A stretch of DNA of 49,094 bases from Rhizobium sp. Q54 (GCA_945902735.1 CAMDNF010000005.1:1-49094); one strand, 5' to 3'; shown: positions 19,088-29,075, counted from the stretch's first letter. The notes: generated by a model from the sequence alone, not told the origin. Numbers and translations: made by a program.

Positions 19088-19702
19088 CTAATGATCAAAA
19101 ATATCGGGCTCGACAAAACCAAGCCGATCGAGCGCCGCCCGGGTCGGCACAAAGGCAAAGCAGGCCTCCGCGACCCCCGTGCGGCCCTCGCGTTTCAGCA
19201 TTTGATCTAGTTTTTCCTTGATCGCATGCAAGTGGAGCACATCCGACGCGGCATAGCTGAGTTGCTCCTCGCTAAGCTCGGCCGCACCCCAATCCGAGGT
19301 TTGTTGCTGTTTCGAAATCTCGACATTGACGAGATCCTTGCACAGGTCTTTCAGGCCGTGACGATCGGTGAAGGTGCGGGTCAGCTTTGAGGCGATCTTT
19401 GTGCAATAGATCGGCGCGCACATGACGCCCAAATAGCGCGCGATGACGGCCACATCGAAACGCGCGAAATGGAAAATCTTGAGCACTGCACGGTCACTCA
19501 ACAGCTTCGCCAAATTGGGCGCATTGATGCGGCCGGGGGGCGAGAATTGCACCAAATGGCAATCGCCGTCGCCGCTCGAGATTTGCACGAGGCAAAGCCG
19601 GTCTCGCGCGTGGTTGAGGCCCATCGTTTCGGTATCGATCGCAATCGACTTGCCGAAGCTTAAACCTGCTGGAAGGTCGCCTTTATGAAGGTGGAGGCTC
19701 AT
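19088..19702 (-). CDS. rnd: Ribonuclease D-family 3'-5' exonuclease (short form)
   Basis: DEDDy motifs IDTET, FHFARFD and YAASDV; QQTSDWG. Confidence 0.88.
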   Translation of the reverse strand: MSLHLHKGDLPAGLSFGKSIAIDTETMGLNHARDRLCLVQISSGDGDCHLVQFSPPGRINAPNLAKLLSDRAVLKIFHFARFDVAVIARYLGVMCAPIYCTKIASKLTRTFTDRHGLKDLCKDLVNVEISKQQQTSDWGAAELSEEQLSYAASDVLHLHAIKEKLDQMLKREGRTGVAEACFAFVPTRAALDRLGFVEPDIFDH

Positions 19703-19750
19703 GGCCCTCTCGCCATAGGGCGCGCCCGCGGCGCGACTCGTTGATGTCTC

Positions 19751-19779
19751 TAGCTAGACAGTGGCACGATTCCTGTCAA
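19751..19779 (-). promoter_or_regulatory. Candidate sigma70 promoter for the rnd-kdsD-lpt-rpoN run
   Basis: TTGACA (19779-19774), 17-nt spacer, TAGCTA (19756-19751). Confidence 0.5.
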
Positions 19780-19869
19780 TCCGAGCCGCCTTTTCAAGCG
19801 GGGCGGCAATGCGCTGGCCTCCTGGCAATGATCATGTTACATGGCGCGCACCCAAAGGCGGGGCGAGGA

Positions 19870-20862
19870 ATGTCCGATCCGGTCGTTACCGTGTTTGGCG
19901 GCACGGGCTTTGTTGGCCGCCATGTTGTTCAACGTCTTGCGCGCCTCGGCGCGACCATCAGGGTAGCAACCCGACGGCCGGATCGTGCGCTGTTTCTCAA
20001 GCCGCTCGGCGGTGTTGGACAGATCGTCCCGATTCCAGTGCATTACGGCAAAGACGAGTCGATCGCGCGCGCGCTGCAAGGCGCGGATTGGGTGATCAAT
20101 CTTGTTGGCATCTTGAACGAACAGCCGGGGCGCAAATTCGCCGCGATCCATGGCGAGTTGCCGGGTCGCATCGGGCGGGCGGCGACGGCGGCCGGGGTTG
20201 GTCGCTTTATTCAGATCTCGGCGATCGGCGCGGCGCCTGAGTCGGTTTCGGCCTATGGGCGGAGCAAGGCGGCGGGCGAGGCGGCGGCGCGGGCCGCTTT
20301 TCCCGGCGTCACCATCATGCGGCCGAGCGTCGTGTTTGGCCCCGAGGATGGCTTTTTCAACGCGCTCGGGGCGCTGAGCCGCCTCGTGCCGGTCATTCCG
20401 ATTTTTTTCAGCGGCCTGCCCAAAGTGGCGCTCGACGGCATGTTCCTGGTGCCGCGCTTTCCCAATGCGGGCGCCAGCCTCATGCAGCCGGTTTATGTCG
20501 GCGATGTGGCCGATGCGGTGATCGCGGCGCTGAAGGAGCCCAAAAGCACGGGGCGCGTCTATGAATTGGGCGGCCCGACGGTTTATCGCTTCCGCGAGGC
20601 GGTCGAGCTCGCGCTTGGCATCATCCGGCGCAAACGTTGCCTGGTGCCAGTGCCATTTTTTGCGCTCGAGGCGACTGCTTTTTTTGCGCAAGCGATCCCG
20701 TTCTCGCCGCTCAAGCCCGATCTGGTGCGCTTGATGAAGCTCGACAATGTGGTGTCGCGCGGCGCGGCGGGCTTGGCGGAGCTCGGGATCACGCCAACCG
20801 GGGCCGAGGTGATCCTGCCGACCTATTTGCATACCTATCGGGCCGGCCGGGCCGAGGACTGA
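19870..20862 (+). CDS. Complex I NDUFA9-family atypical SDR
   Basis: VFGGTGFVGR, INLVGIL, SAIGA, YGRSK, RPSVVFGPED and QPVYVGDVA motifs; ATG 19870. Confidence 0.9.
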   Translation: MSDPVVTVFGGTGFVGRHVVQRLARLGATIRVATRRPDRALFLKPLGGVGQIVPIPVHYGKDESIARALQGADWVINLVGILNEQPGRKFAAIHGELPGRIGRAATAAGVGRFIQISAIGAAPESVSAYGRSKAAGEAAARAAFPGVTIMRPSVVFGPEDGFFNALGALSRLVPVIPIFFSGLPKVALDGMFLVPRFPNAGASLMQPVYVGDVADAVIAALKEPKSTGRVYELGGPTVYRFREAVELALGIIRRKRCLVPVPFFALEATAFFAQAIPFSPLKPDLVRLMKLDNVVSRGAAGLAELGITPTGAEVILPTYLHTYRAGRAED

Positions 20863-20870
20863 GTTGTCTC

Positions 20871-21683
20871 TCAGCTAAAGCCGTAGAGCCAGACCACCAA
20901 GGCCAGACCAAGCAACACCCGGTAGATCACAAAGGGTGTGAAGGTGAACCGGCGCAACAGGTTCATCAAAAACCAGACCGCGAATAGAGCGACCACGAAG
21001 GTTAGGCCGATCGCAATACCGGTGTCGGCCATGCGCGCGGCGCCTTCCGGGCCTTCCGCGGTCACCACATCTTTGAGCGCCAGAGCGCCGGCCGCCGCCG
21101 TGGCCGGGATCGAGAGTAGCATGGCAAAGCGCGCGGCCTCGGTGCGCTCGAGCCCGAGAAACCGCCCGGCCGTCATGGTGATGCCCGAGCGGCTGGTGCC
21201 CGGCACCAAAGCCAACATTTGCGCCAAACCGATGAAGATCGCGCCCGACAGTTTGAGGTGCTCAATGCGCCGCAGGGTCGGGCTGAAGCGATCAGCCACG
21301 AAGAGTAGCGCGGCATAGCCGAGCGTGGTCCAGGCGACCACCTTGGCCGAGCGGAAAAAATCGGGGGCGAAGGTGTGGATGAGGCCGCCGGCGATCAGGG
21401 CCGGGATCGTCGCGATCATGAGGAACCAAAACAGGCGTCGGGCAAAGGTGCGCTCAGCGCCCTTCTTCGTGAAGGGGCTGGTCACCATGGCCAGCACATC
21501 GCGCCAAAAATAGACCAATACGGCGGCTAGGGTGCCCATATGGATCGCCGCGTCGAGGTCCAGCCCTTGATCGGGCCAGCCGGTTACCACCGGAACGAGG
21601 AGCAAATGGCCTGACGAACTGATCGGCAGGAATTCGGTGATCCCCTGCACGATGGTCAGCACGACGATTTGGAGTAGTGACAA
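20871..21683 (-). CDS. uppP: Undecaprenyl-diphosphate phosphatase UppP/BacA
   Basis: QGITEFLPISSSGH and PGTSRSG motifs; multiple TM helices. Confidence 0.96.
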   Translation of the reverse strand: MSLLQIVVLTIVQGITEFLPISSSGHLLLVPVVTGWPDQGLDLDAAIHMGTLAAVLVYFWRDVLAMVTSPFTKKGAERTFARRLFWFLMIATIPALIAGGLIHTFAPDFFRSAKVVAWTTLGYAALLFVADRFSPTLRRIEHLKLSGAIFIGLAQMLALVPGTSRSGITMTAGRFLGLERTEAARFAMLLSIPATAAAGALALKDVVTAEGPEGAARMADTGIAIGLTFVVALFAVWFLMNLLRRFTFTPFVIYRVLLGLALVVWLYGFS

Positions 21684-21992
21684 ATGGGCCCCCGGGTCCG
21701 GGCGACGCGGCGCCCCGGCGCCGGCCGCGCGCCTTATAGCACCCGGTCCTTAAGGAAAGGAATCCCACATATAGTCCTAAAACGGTACCATTGGCGCGGT
21801 ATTTTTCTCTGAGGCAACGGTGTTAATTTGTGATTAGGCGAATAGGTCGTACAAAATAGACAGGACTACTGACCTGTATTTGATTTTTGGCTCGCGCCAC
21901 GGTGAAATCACCGCTAGGTTTGGCGGAACAAGAGGCCCACACGCAGCTGATCGCACAGAGGTCGGCGCGGTAAGGGCAGAGGAGATCGTGTT

Positions 21993-23441
21993 TTGGCTGA
22001 ATCGCGGATGCTTCGCTTTGTCGCGTTGCCGCAAGCGAATCCGGATAAGCGCGCCGCCGAGTCGCGCCGTCAGGATTGGCAGGAAATCTACGCCGAGTTC
22101 TCGAAAGAGCGCGCGGCCGAGCAGGCTGGGCGCTGCTCACAATGCGGCGTGCCGTTTTGCCAAATCCATTGTCCGGTCGCCAACAACATTCCCGATTGGT
22201 TGATGTTGACCGCCGAAGGCCGGCTCGAAGAAGCCTATGAAGCGTCGAGTGCGACCAACAACCTGCCGGAGATTTGCGGACGCATTTGTCCGCAGGATCG
22301 TCTATGCGAAGGCAATTGCGTCATCGAGAAGGGGTTTCAATCCGTCACGATCGGCGCGGTCGAGCGTTACATTACCGAAACGGCGTTCGAACGCGGTTGG
22401 GTCAAACCGGTCAAGCCGCTGCGCGAACGGCGCGAATCGATCGGCATCGTGGGCGCGGGCCCAGCGGGCCTTGCGGCCGGTGAGCAGCTTCGCAAGAAGG
22501 GTTATCAAGTTCATATCTATGACCGCTATGACCGGGTCGGCGGTTTGCTCGTTTACGGCATTCCAAACTTCAAACTCGAAAAAAGCATTGTCGAACGCCG
22601 CGCGCGCCTGTTGCGCGAGGCCGGCATCGTGTTCCACCTCAATACCGAAATCGGTCGCGATGTTTCACTGGCCGATTTGCGGCTGCGTCACACTGCGGTG
22701 TTGATCGCAACGGGTGCGTACAAAGAACGCGAGCTGCAAATGCCGGGCGCCGGGCTCGACAATATTTTTCAGGCGATGACCTATTTGACCGCGAGCAACC
22801 GGAAAGACCTTGGCGATCACGTGCCGCTCTATGAAGACGGCACGCTGAATGCGCGCGACAAGGACGTCATCGTGCTCGGTGGTGGCGACACGGCGATGGA
22901 TTGCGTGCGCACCGCGGTGCGTCAGGGCGCGCGCTCGGTCAAATGCCTCTATCGGCGCGATCGCGCCAACATGCCGGGCTCGATGCGCGAAGTGAAACAC
23001 GCCGAGGAAGAAGGCGTCGACTTCGTTTGGCTGTCGGCGCCCGAGGCGTTTTTGGGTGACCGCGCGGTCGAGGCGGTGCGCGCGGTGCGGATTCATTTGG
23101 GTGTGGCGGACGCCAGCGGGCGGCAGGCGCCGCAATCGATTCCAGGATCTAGTCACAACCTGCCCGCCAATCTCGTGATCAAGGCGCTCGGCTTCGACCC
23201 TGAGGATTTGCCGACGAATTTCGCGGCCCCCGATCTCGCAGTGACCCGTTGGGGCACGCTTAAGCTCGATTGGAAATCAATGATGACCTCCATGGACGGC
23301 GTGTTTGCCGCCGGCGATATCGTGCGCGGCGCTTCGCTCGTGGTGTGGGCCATTCGCGATGGACGCGACGCCGCCGAGGCCATTGATCGCTACATCCATG
23401 CCCGTGCGGTGCGCGCCAGCGTCTCCGCCGCGGCAGAATAG
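21993..23441 (+). CDS. gltD: Glutamate synthase small (beta) subunit
   Basis: CSQCGVPFC..CP and CGRICPQDRLCEGNC Fe-S motifs, GAGPAG, GGGDTAMD; TTG start after AGGAG. Confidence 0.97.
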   Translation: MAESRMLRFVALPQANPDKRAAESRRQDWQEIYAEFSKERAAEQAGRCSQCGVPFCQIHCPVANNIPDWLMLTAEGRLEEAYEASSATNNLPEICGRICPQDRLCEGNCVIEKGFQSVTIGAVERYITETAFERGWVKPVKPLRERRESIGIVGAGPAGLAAGEQLRKKGYQVHIYDRYDRVGGLLVYGIPNFKLEKSIVERRARLLREAGIVFHLNTEIGRDVSLADLRLRHTAVLIATGAYKERELQMPGAGLDNIFQAMTYLTASNRKDLGDHVPLYEDGTLNARDKDVIVLGGGDTAMDCVRTAVRQGARSVKCLYRRDRANMPGSMREVKHAEEEGVDFVWLSAPEAFLGDRAVEAVRAVRIHLGVADASGRQAPQSIPGSSHNLPANLVIKALGFDPEDLPTNFAAPDLAVTRWGTLKLDWKSMMTSMDGVFAAGDIVRGASLVVWAIRDGRDAAEAIDRYIHARAVRASVSAAAE

Positions 23442-23452
23442 GGCTGCCTGCC

Positions 23453-26400
23453 ATGACCGACACGCCGATCTTTGACGCCGCGCAATATGTTGCCACTTGG
23501 CAGAGGGAAACCGCTCGCCTGTCGCGTGATGGTCTTTATGATCCCGCAACAGAGCACGATGCCTGTGGCGTTGGCTTTGTGGCGGCGATTGACGGCAAGC
23601 CACGGCGCGCGGTGGTTGAAGCCGGTGTGAATGCGCTGAAGGCGGTCTGGCATCGCGGCGCGGTTGATGCCGATGGCAAAACCGGCGATGGCGCGGGCCT
23701 CCATGTCGAAATCCCGCAGGATTTTTTCAAGGAGCACATCGGCAATACCGGGCACAAGCCGAAGGCCGGCCGGCTTGCGGTCGGACAGGTGTTTTTGCCC
23801 AAGACCGATCTCGGCGCGCAGGATGTTTGCCGCTCGATCGTGGAGTCGGAAATCTTGCGCTTCGGCCATGGCATTTATGGTTGGCGCCAGGTGCCGATCA
23901 ATTCGGCGGTGATCGGCGAGAAGGCGAATGCGACACGCCCCGAGATCGAGCAAATCATGATCTCGAATGATCGCGGCGTGACCGATGAGCAATTCGAGCT
24001 CGATCTTTACATCATGCGCCGGCGCATCGAGCGCAAAGTGCTCGATAGCCACATCAGCGATTTTTATATTTGCTCGCTCTCGTCGCGCTCGATCATCTAC
24101 AAGGGCATGTTCCTGGCCGAGCAGCTGTCCGAGTTCTATCCCGATCTGATGGATGATCGCTTCGTCTCGAGCTTCGCGATTTTTCATCAACGCTATTCCA
24201 CCAACACATTCCCAACTTGGCGCCTGGCCCAACCGTTCCGCGTGCTCGCCCATAATGGCGAGATCAATACGCTGAAGGGCAATGTCAATTGGATGAAAAG
24301 CCATGAGACCCGCGCGGTCTCCGATGTCTTCGGCCCGCACAATGCCGATCTATTTCCGCTGGTACCGGAAAGCGCTTCGGATTCGATGGCGCTCGATGCG
24401 GTGATGGAGGCGATCATTCGCGCCGGCCGCCCCGCCCCGGTGGTCAAGTGCATGTTGATCCCGGAAGCGTGGTCGCATCGGCCCGACATGCCGGAAAAAC
24501 TGCGCGCGTTCTACTCCTACTGCAATTGCGTGGTCGAGCCGTGGGACGGCCCGGCCGCGATCGCGGCGACCGACGGGCGGTGGGTGCTCGCCGGCATGGA
24601 CCGCAACGGACTCCGCCCGCTGCGTTACACCATCACGGTCGACGGCTTGCTGTTCGCCGGCTCGGAAACCGGCATGGTGACGATCCCTGAAGCCAATATC
24701 ATCGAGAAGGGGCGGCTCGGCCCCGGTCAAATGATCGCGGTCGATCTGCAGGAGGGGCGGCTCTATCACGATAGCGAGTTGAAGGATCAGCTCGCGGCAC
24801 GCAAGCCTTATATCGAGTGGGCGAAGAACGCGGTCGAGCTTGATAGTCTGATCGACTCCGCCAGCGAACCGGTTGTGTTTGCGCGCGATGAGCTGAAGCT
24901 TCGTCAGCGCCTGGTCGGCTACACGATGGAAGAGCTTGAGCTGATCTTGCATCCCATGGTCGAGGATGCCAAGGAGGCGATCGGCTCGATGGGGGACGAC
25001 ACGGCGCTTGCTGTGCTCTCCAACCAATATCGCGGGCTGCATCATTATTTCCGGCAGAATTTCAGTCAGGTGACCAACCCGCCGATCGATTCATTGCGCG
25101 AATATCGTGTGATGAGTTTGAAGACCCGGCTCGGCAATCTCGGCAATATGTTCGACGAGCGGCCGGAGCAGATGCGGCTCTTGCAGCTCAATTCACCCGT
25201 CCTGACCAACGCCGAATTCGCCGCCATGCGGCGCTACATGGGCGCCAAGGCGGCGGTGATCGATTGCAGCTTCGAGGCGGATAGCGGCGCGGGCGCACTG
25301 ACCGCGGCGATGGCGCGCATCCGCGCCGAGGCTGAGGACGCTGTGCGCGGCGGCGCGGTGCATCTGATCCTTACCGACGAGAATGTCGGGCCGGAACGCG
25401 CGCCGATCCCCATGATCCTCGCGGCCGGCGGCGTGCACAGCCATTTGGTGCACCAGAAACTCCGCACCTTTACTTCGCTCAATGTGCGCTCGGCCGAGTG
25501 CCTGGATGTGCATTATTTCGCGGTCTTGATCGGCGTCGGCGCCACAACGGTGAACGCCTATTTGGCGCAAGAGAGCATCGCCGACCGTCATGCGCGCGGC
25601 CTCTTTGGCAAGCGCAGCCTGAAAGAGTGCGTCGAGCGCTATAAGAACGCGGTCGATCAGGGTCTGCTCAAAGTGATCTCCAAAATGGGCATCTCGGTGA
25701 TCAGCTCCTATCGCGGCGGCTATAATTTCGAGGCCGTTGGGTTGTCGCGCACGCTGGTGGCCGATTTTTTTCCGGGCATGACGTCGCGCATCTCCGGCAT
25801 CGGCCTATCGGGCATCAAGCGGCGCGTGATGGAGTTGCATCGCAAGGCGCACCAAGAATTGCCCGTCGTGTTGCCGGTTGGCGGGCTCTACAAATACCGC
25901 CAATCGGGCGAGCGCCACGCGTTCGAAGGCCAGCTTATTCATATGCTGCAAGATGCGCTGGCGAACGAATCTTACGGCAAATACCGGAAATATGCCGAGG
26001 CGGTGTATCAGCAGCCGCGCATCCATATTCGCGATTTGCTGGACTTCAAGCGCGAGCGGCCGCCGGTGCCGCTCGAGGAGGTCGAATCGATCACCGAAAT
26101 TCGCAAGCGGTTCATGTCGGGCTCGATGTCGCACGGCGCGCTGTCGCGCGAGGCGCACGAGACGCTGGCGATCGCGATGAACCGGATCGGCGCGTTCTCG
26201 TGCTCGGGCGAAGGCGGCGAAGATGCCTCGCGCTACAACCCGCGTTCGAACGGCGACAACGCCAATTCGGCGGTCAAACAAATCGCCTCGGGGCGCTTTG
26301 GCGTGACGGCGGAATATCTCAACCGGTGCCGCGAAATCGAAATCAAGATCGCGCAAGGCGCCAAGCCTGGCGAGGGCGGTCAGCTGCCCGGCTTCAAGGT

Positions 26401-27994
26401 GACCGACGAGATCGCCAAATTGCGTTATGCGACCCCCGGCGTGACGTTGATTTCACCGCCGCCGCATCACGATATTTATTCGATCGAGGATCTGGCCCAG
26501 CTCATGTACGATTTGAAGCAGATCAACCCGCAGGCGCGCGTTTCGGTGAAGCTCGTGGCGGAATCGGGCATCGGCACGATCGCGGCCGGCGTCGCGAAAG
26601 CAAAAGCGGACGTAGTGTTGATCTCGGGCCATGATGGCGGCACGGGTGCCAGCCCGCAATCGAGCCTCAAATATGCCGGCGTGCCGTGGGAGCTTGGCCT
26701 CGCCGAGGTCAATCAAGTGCTCACGCTCAATCGCCTGCGCCACACCACGACGGTGCGTACCGATGGCGGCATCAAGACCGGGCGCGATGTGGTGATCGCG
26801 GCCATGTTGGGCGCCGAAGAATATGGCATCGGCACGGCCTCGTTGGTGGCCATGGGTTGTATTCTCGTGCGGCAATGCCATTCGAACACCTGCCCGGTTG
26901 GCGTCTGCACGCAAGATCCGAAGCTGCGCGAGAAGTTCACCGGCTCGCCCGAAAAGGTGGTCAACCTGTTCACCTTCATCGCGGAAGAAGTGCGCGAGAT
27001 TCTGGCCTCGCTCGGTGTGCGCACGTTGAACGAGATCATCGGGCACACCGATATGCTGAAACAAATCAGCCGGGGTGCGACCGACCTCGACGATCTCGAT
27101 CTCAATCCTCTGCTCGTGCAGCCGGATCCGGCGGGCTTCCCGCGCTTCTCGCCGCGCAAGGGGCGCAATGAGGTGCAGGAGACCTTGGACGAGCAGATGA
27201 TCCGCGATGTCGCGGACGCGCTCGAAAAGCCGGAAAAAATGCAGCTCGCCTATACCGTGCGCAACACCATGCGCACGATCGGCGCCAAGCTGTCGTCGAA
27301 AATCACACGGCGCTATGGCATGACCGGCCTGCCGCCGGATTACATCACCGTGCGTCTGCGCGGCACGGCCGGGCAATCGCTCGGCGCCTTCGCGGTGCAG
27401 GGCCTAAGGCTCGAATTGCTGGGCGATGCGAATGATTATGTCGGCAAGGGCCTGTCGGGCGGCACCATCGTGGTGCGGCCGTTGGTTTCGAGCCCGCTCA
27501 AATCCAACGCCAATACGATCATCGGCAATACCGTGCTCTATGGCGCGATCAGCGGGCGGCTATATGCCGCGGGCCAAGCGGGGGAACGCTTCTGCGTGCG
27601 CAATTCAGGCGCGCGCGCGGTGGTCGAGGGCTGCGGCTCGAATGGCTGCGAATATATGACTGGCGGTGTAGCGGTGATCCTCGGGCCGGTCGGCGATAAT
27701 TTCGGCGCCGGGATGACCGGCGGCATGGCGTTTGTTTATGATACCGATGACGCGTTCGAGCGGCGCGTCAATTCTGATACAGTGGTCTATCAGCGCATCG
27801 CGTCGCGCTATTGGGAAGGCGTTGTGCGCGAACTTGTCGCCGAGCATTTCCAGGCCACGCAATCGGCCTATGCCGAGCGCTTGTTGGCCGATTGGGAGCT
27901 TGAGCTTGGCCGCTTCTGGCAGATCTGCCCGAAGGAAATGCTGAACCGGCTCGCCCATCCCTTGAGCGACGAGGCGGTGAAGGCGAGCGCGTGA
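23453..27994 (+). CDS. gltB: Glutamate synthase large (alpha) subunit
   Basis: HDA-CGVGF Ntn amidotransferase start, HQRYSTNT, QGAKPGEGGQL and the 3Fe-4S motif CxxxxxCxxxxCP. Confidence 0.98.
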   Translation: MTDTPIFDAAQYVATWQRETARLSRDGLYDPATEHDACGVGFVAAIDGKPRRAVVEAGVNALKAVWHRGAVDADGKTGDGAGLHVEIPQDFFKEHIGNTGHKPKAGRLAVGQVFLPKTDLGAQDVCRSIVESEILRFGHGIYGWRQVPINSAVIGEKANATRPEIEQIMISNDRGVTDEQFELDLYIMRRRIERKVLDSHISDFYICSLSSRSIIYKGMFLAEQLSEFYPDLMDDRFVSSFAIFHQRYSTNTFPTWRLAQPFRVLAHNGEINTLKGNVNWMKSHETRAVSDVFGPHNADLFPLVPESASDSMALDAVMEAIIRAGRPAPVVKCMLIPEAWSHRPDMPEKLRAFYSYCNCVVEPWDGPAAIAATDGRWVLAGMDRNGLRPLRYTITVDGLLFAGSETGMVTIPEANIIEKGRLGPGQMIAVDLQEGRLYHDSELKDQLAARKPYIEWAKNAVELDSLIDSASEPVVFARDELKLRQRLVGYTMEELELILHPMVEDAKEAIGSMGDDTALAVLSNQYRGLHHYFRQNFSQVTNPPIDSLREYRVMSLKTRLGNLGNMFDERPEQMRLLQLNSPVLTNAEFAAMRRYMGAKAAVIDCSFEADSGAGALTAAMARIRAEAEDAVRGGAVHLILTDENVGPERAPIPMILAAGGVHSHLVHQKLRTFTSLNVRSAECLDVHYFAVLIGVGATTVNAYLAQESIADRHARGLFGKRSLKECVERYKNAVDQGLLKVISKMGISVISSYRGGYNFEAVGLSRTLVADFFPGMTSRISGIGLSGIKRRVMELHRKAHQELPVVLPVGGLYKYRQSGERHAFEGQLIHMLQDALANESYGKYRKYAEAVYQQPRIHIRDLLDFKRERPPVPLEEVESITEIRKRFMSGSMSHGALSREAHETLAIAMNRIGAFSCSGEGGEDASRYNPRSNGDNANSAVKQIASGRFGVTAEYLNRCREIEIKIAQGAKPGEGGQLPGFKVTDEIAKLRYATPGVTLISPPPHHDIYSIEDLAQLMYDLKQINPQARVSVKLVAESGIGTIAAGVAKAKADVVLISGHDGGTGASPQSSLKYAGVPWELGLAEVNQVLTLNRLRHTTTVRTDGGIKTGRDVVIAAMLGAEEYGIGTASLVAMGCILVRQCHSNTCPVGVCTQDPKLREKFTGSPEKVVNLFTFIAEEVREILASLGVRTLNEIIGHTDMLKQISRGATDLDDLDLNPLLVQPDPAGFPRFSPRKGRNEVQETLDEQMIRDVADALEKPEKMQLAYTVRNTMRTIGAKLSSKITRRYGMTGLPPDYITVRLRGTAGQSLGAFAVQGLRLELLGDANDYVGKGLSGGTIVVRPLVSSPLKSNANTIIGNTVLYGAISGRLYAAGQAGERFCVRNSGARAVVEGCGSNGCEYMTGGVAVILGPVGDNFGAGMTGGMAFVYDTDDAFERRVNSDTVVYQRIASRYWEGVVRELVAEHFQATQSAYAERLLADWELELGRFWQICPKEMLNRLAHPLSDEAVKASA

Positions 27995-28002
27995 GGCGAT
28001 TT

Positions 28003-28151
28003 ATACCAAGTCGCGATGATCTTGACCGATCATCGCGACGCCCTCAGGCGCCGGGCGCGCGCGTCCCACGCGCTTGGCTTCGCCGCTTGCGCGGCGCAGC
28101 GCGGTCGCGCCGGCCAAGTCGCGATGAATCAAGTTGATCGCGACTTGGTAT
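28003..28151. mobile_element. MITE-like or repetitive palindromic element, 149 bp
   Basis: Perfect 15-bp terminal inverted repeats ATACCAAGTCGCGAT (28003-28017) and ATCGCGACTTGGTAT (28137-28151), with a 12-bp hairpin at each end. Confidence 0.65.
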
Positions 28152-28205
28152 TGGGATGCTATCACTCTAACTCTGCGTGACTCGGAAAATTGAGGCATCC
28201 ACGAC

Positions 28206-29075
28206 ATGAAAAAAATTGGCCGACTGGGCGCTTGGGTTGCCGCCGACTCTTTTGGCAAAGACGAAATCGCCGCGCTCGCGCAGGGCGTGGAGCGGCTCAA
28301 CTACGACACGCTCTGGTATCCCGAGGCCGTGGGCTATGAAACGTTCTGTTATGGCGGGTTCGCGCTCGCGCAGACCGATCGGCTTCGCGTCGCGAGCGGC
28401 ATTGCTAATATTTACGCGCGCGACGCCGTGGCGGCGATCGCAGGCCACGATTCGCTCAACAATCTCTATGACGGCCGGTTCATTCTCGGCCTCGGCGTTT
28501 CCCATGTGCCGTTGGTTGAGGGCTTTCGCGGCCATGATTATGGCAAGCCGGTCGCGACCATGCGCGCCTATCTCGACGCCATGGAAAGCGCCGCGCTGAT
28601 CATCAAGAAACCCGAACGCAATATCGTCCTCGCCGCGCTTGGGCCCAAAATGACCGCGCTCGCGGCTGAGCGCACCAATGGCGCGCATTCCTACCTCGTC
28701 ACGCCCGAGCACACGGCGCGCGCCAGAAAAATTCTGGGACCGGACAAATGGCTTTGCGTCGAACAAAAGGTCTGCCTCACCTCGAACGCGGCGCAATCAC
28801 GTGAGGTCGCGGCCCAAGTGCTCGCGCTCTATTTGCCGTGGCCCAATTATTCCAACAATTGGCTGAGCCTCGGCTTCACCAAGGACGATGTCTCAGGCCG
28901 CGGCAGCGATCGCTTTCTGGACGCCATGGTGGCCTCGGGATCGGCGGCGGATATTCGCGCCCGCCTTCAAGCGCATTTTGATGCCGGCGCCGATCATGTG
29001 TGCGTCCAGCCGCTGAACCCGGATGGGAGCAAGAGTGTCGACTGGAAAGCCCTGGAAGCCGTCGCCGGGCTTTAG
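28206..29075 (+). CDS. Luciferase-like (LLM) oxidoreductase, probable F420-dependent TIGR03620-like family
   Basis: LWYPE, ASGIANIYARD, GRFILGLGVSH, LAALGPKM, YLVTPEHT and AGADHVCVQ motifs. Confidence 0.82.
   Translation: MKKIGRLGAWVAADSFGKDEIAALAQGVERLNYDTLWYPEAVGYETFCYGGFALAQTDRLRVASGIANIYARDAVAAIAGHDSLNNLYDGRFILGLGVSHVPLVEGFRGHDYGKPVATMRAYLDAMESAALIIKKPERNIVLAALGPKMTALAAERTNGAHSYLVTPEHTARARKILGPDKWLCVEQKVCLTSNAAQSREVAAQVLALYLPWPNYSNNWLSLGFTKDDVSGRGSDRFLDAMVASGSAADIRARLQAHFDAGADHVCVQPLNPDGSKSVDWKALEAVAGL

Noticed and set aside
19762-19776. Sigma54-like TGGCACGATTCCTGT upstream of the NDUFA9-like gene
   Set aside because: The -12 element reads CTGT instead of TTGC, and the sequence lies within a better sigma70 candidate on the other strand.
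19703-19869. A tRNA between rnd and the NDUFA9-like gene, as in some alphaproteobacteria
   Set aside because: No T-loop (GTTCG) or cloverleaf on either strand.
28003-28151. CRISPR array or integron attC site
   Set aside because: The repeats alternate in orientation with no unique spacers, there are no cas or intI genes, and no RYYYAAC/GTTRRRY ends.
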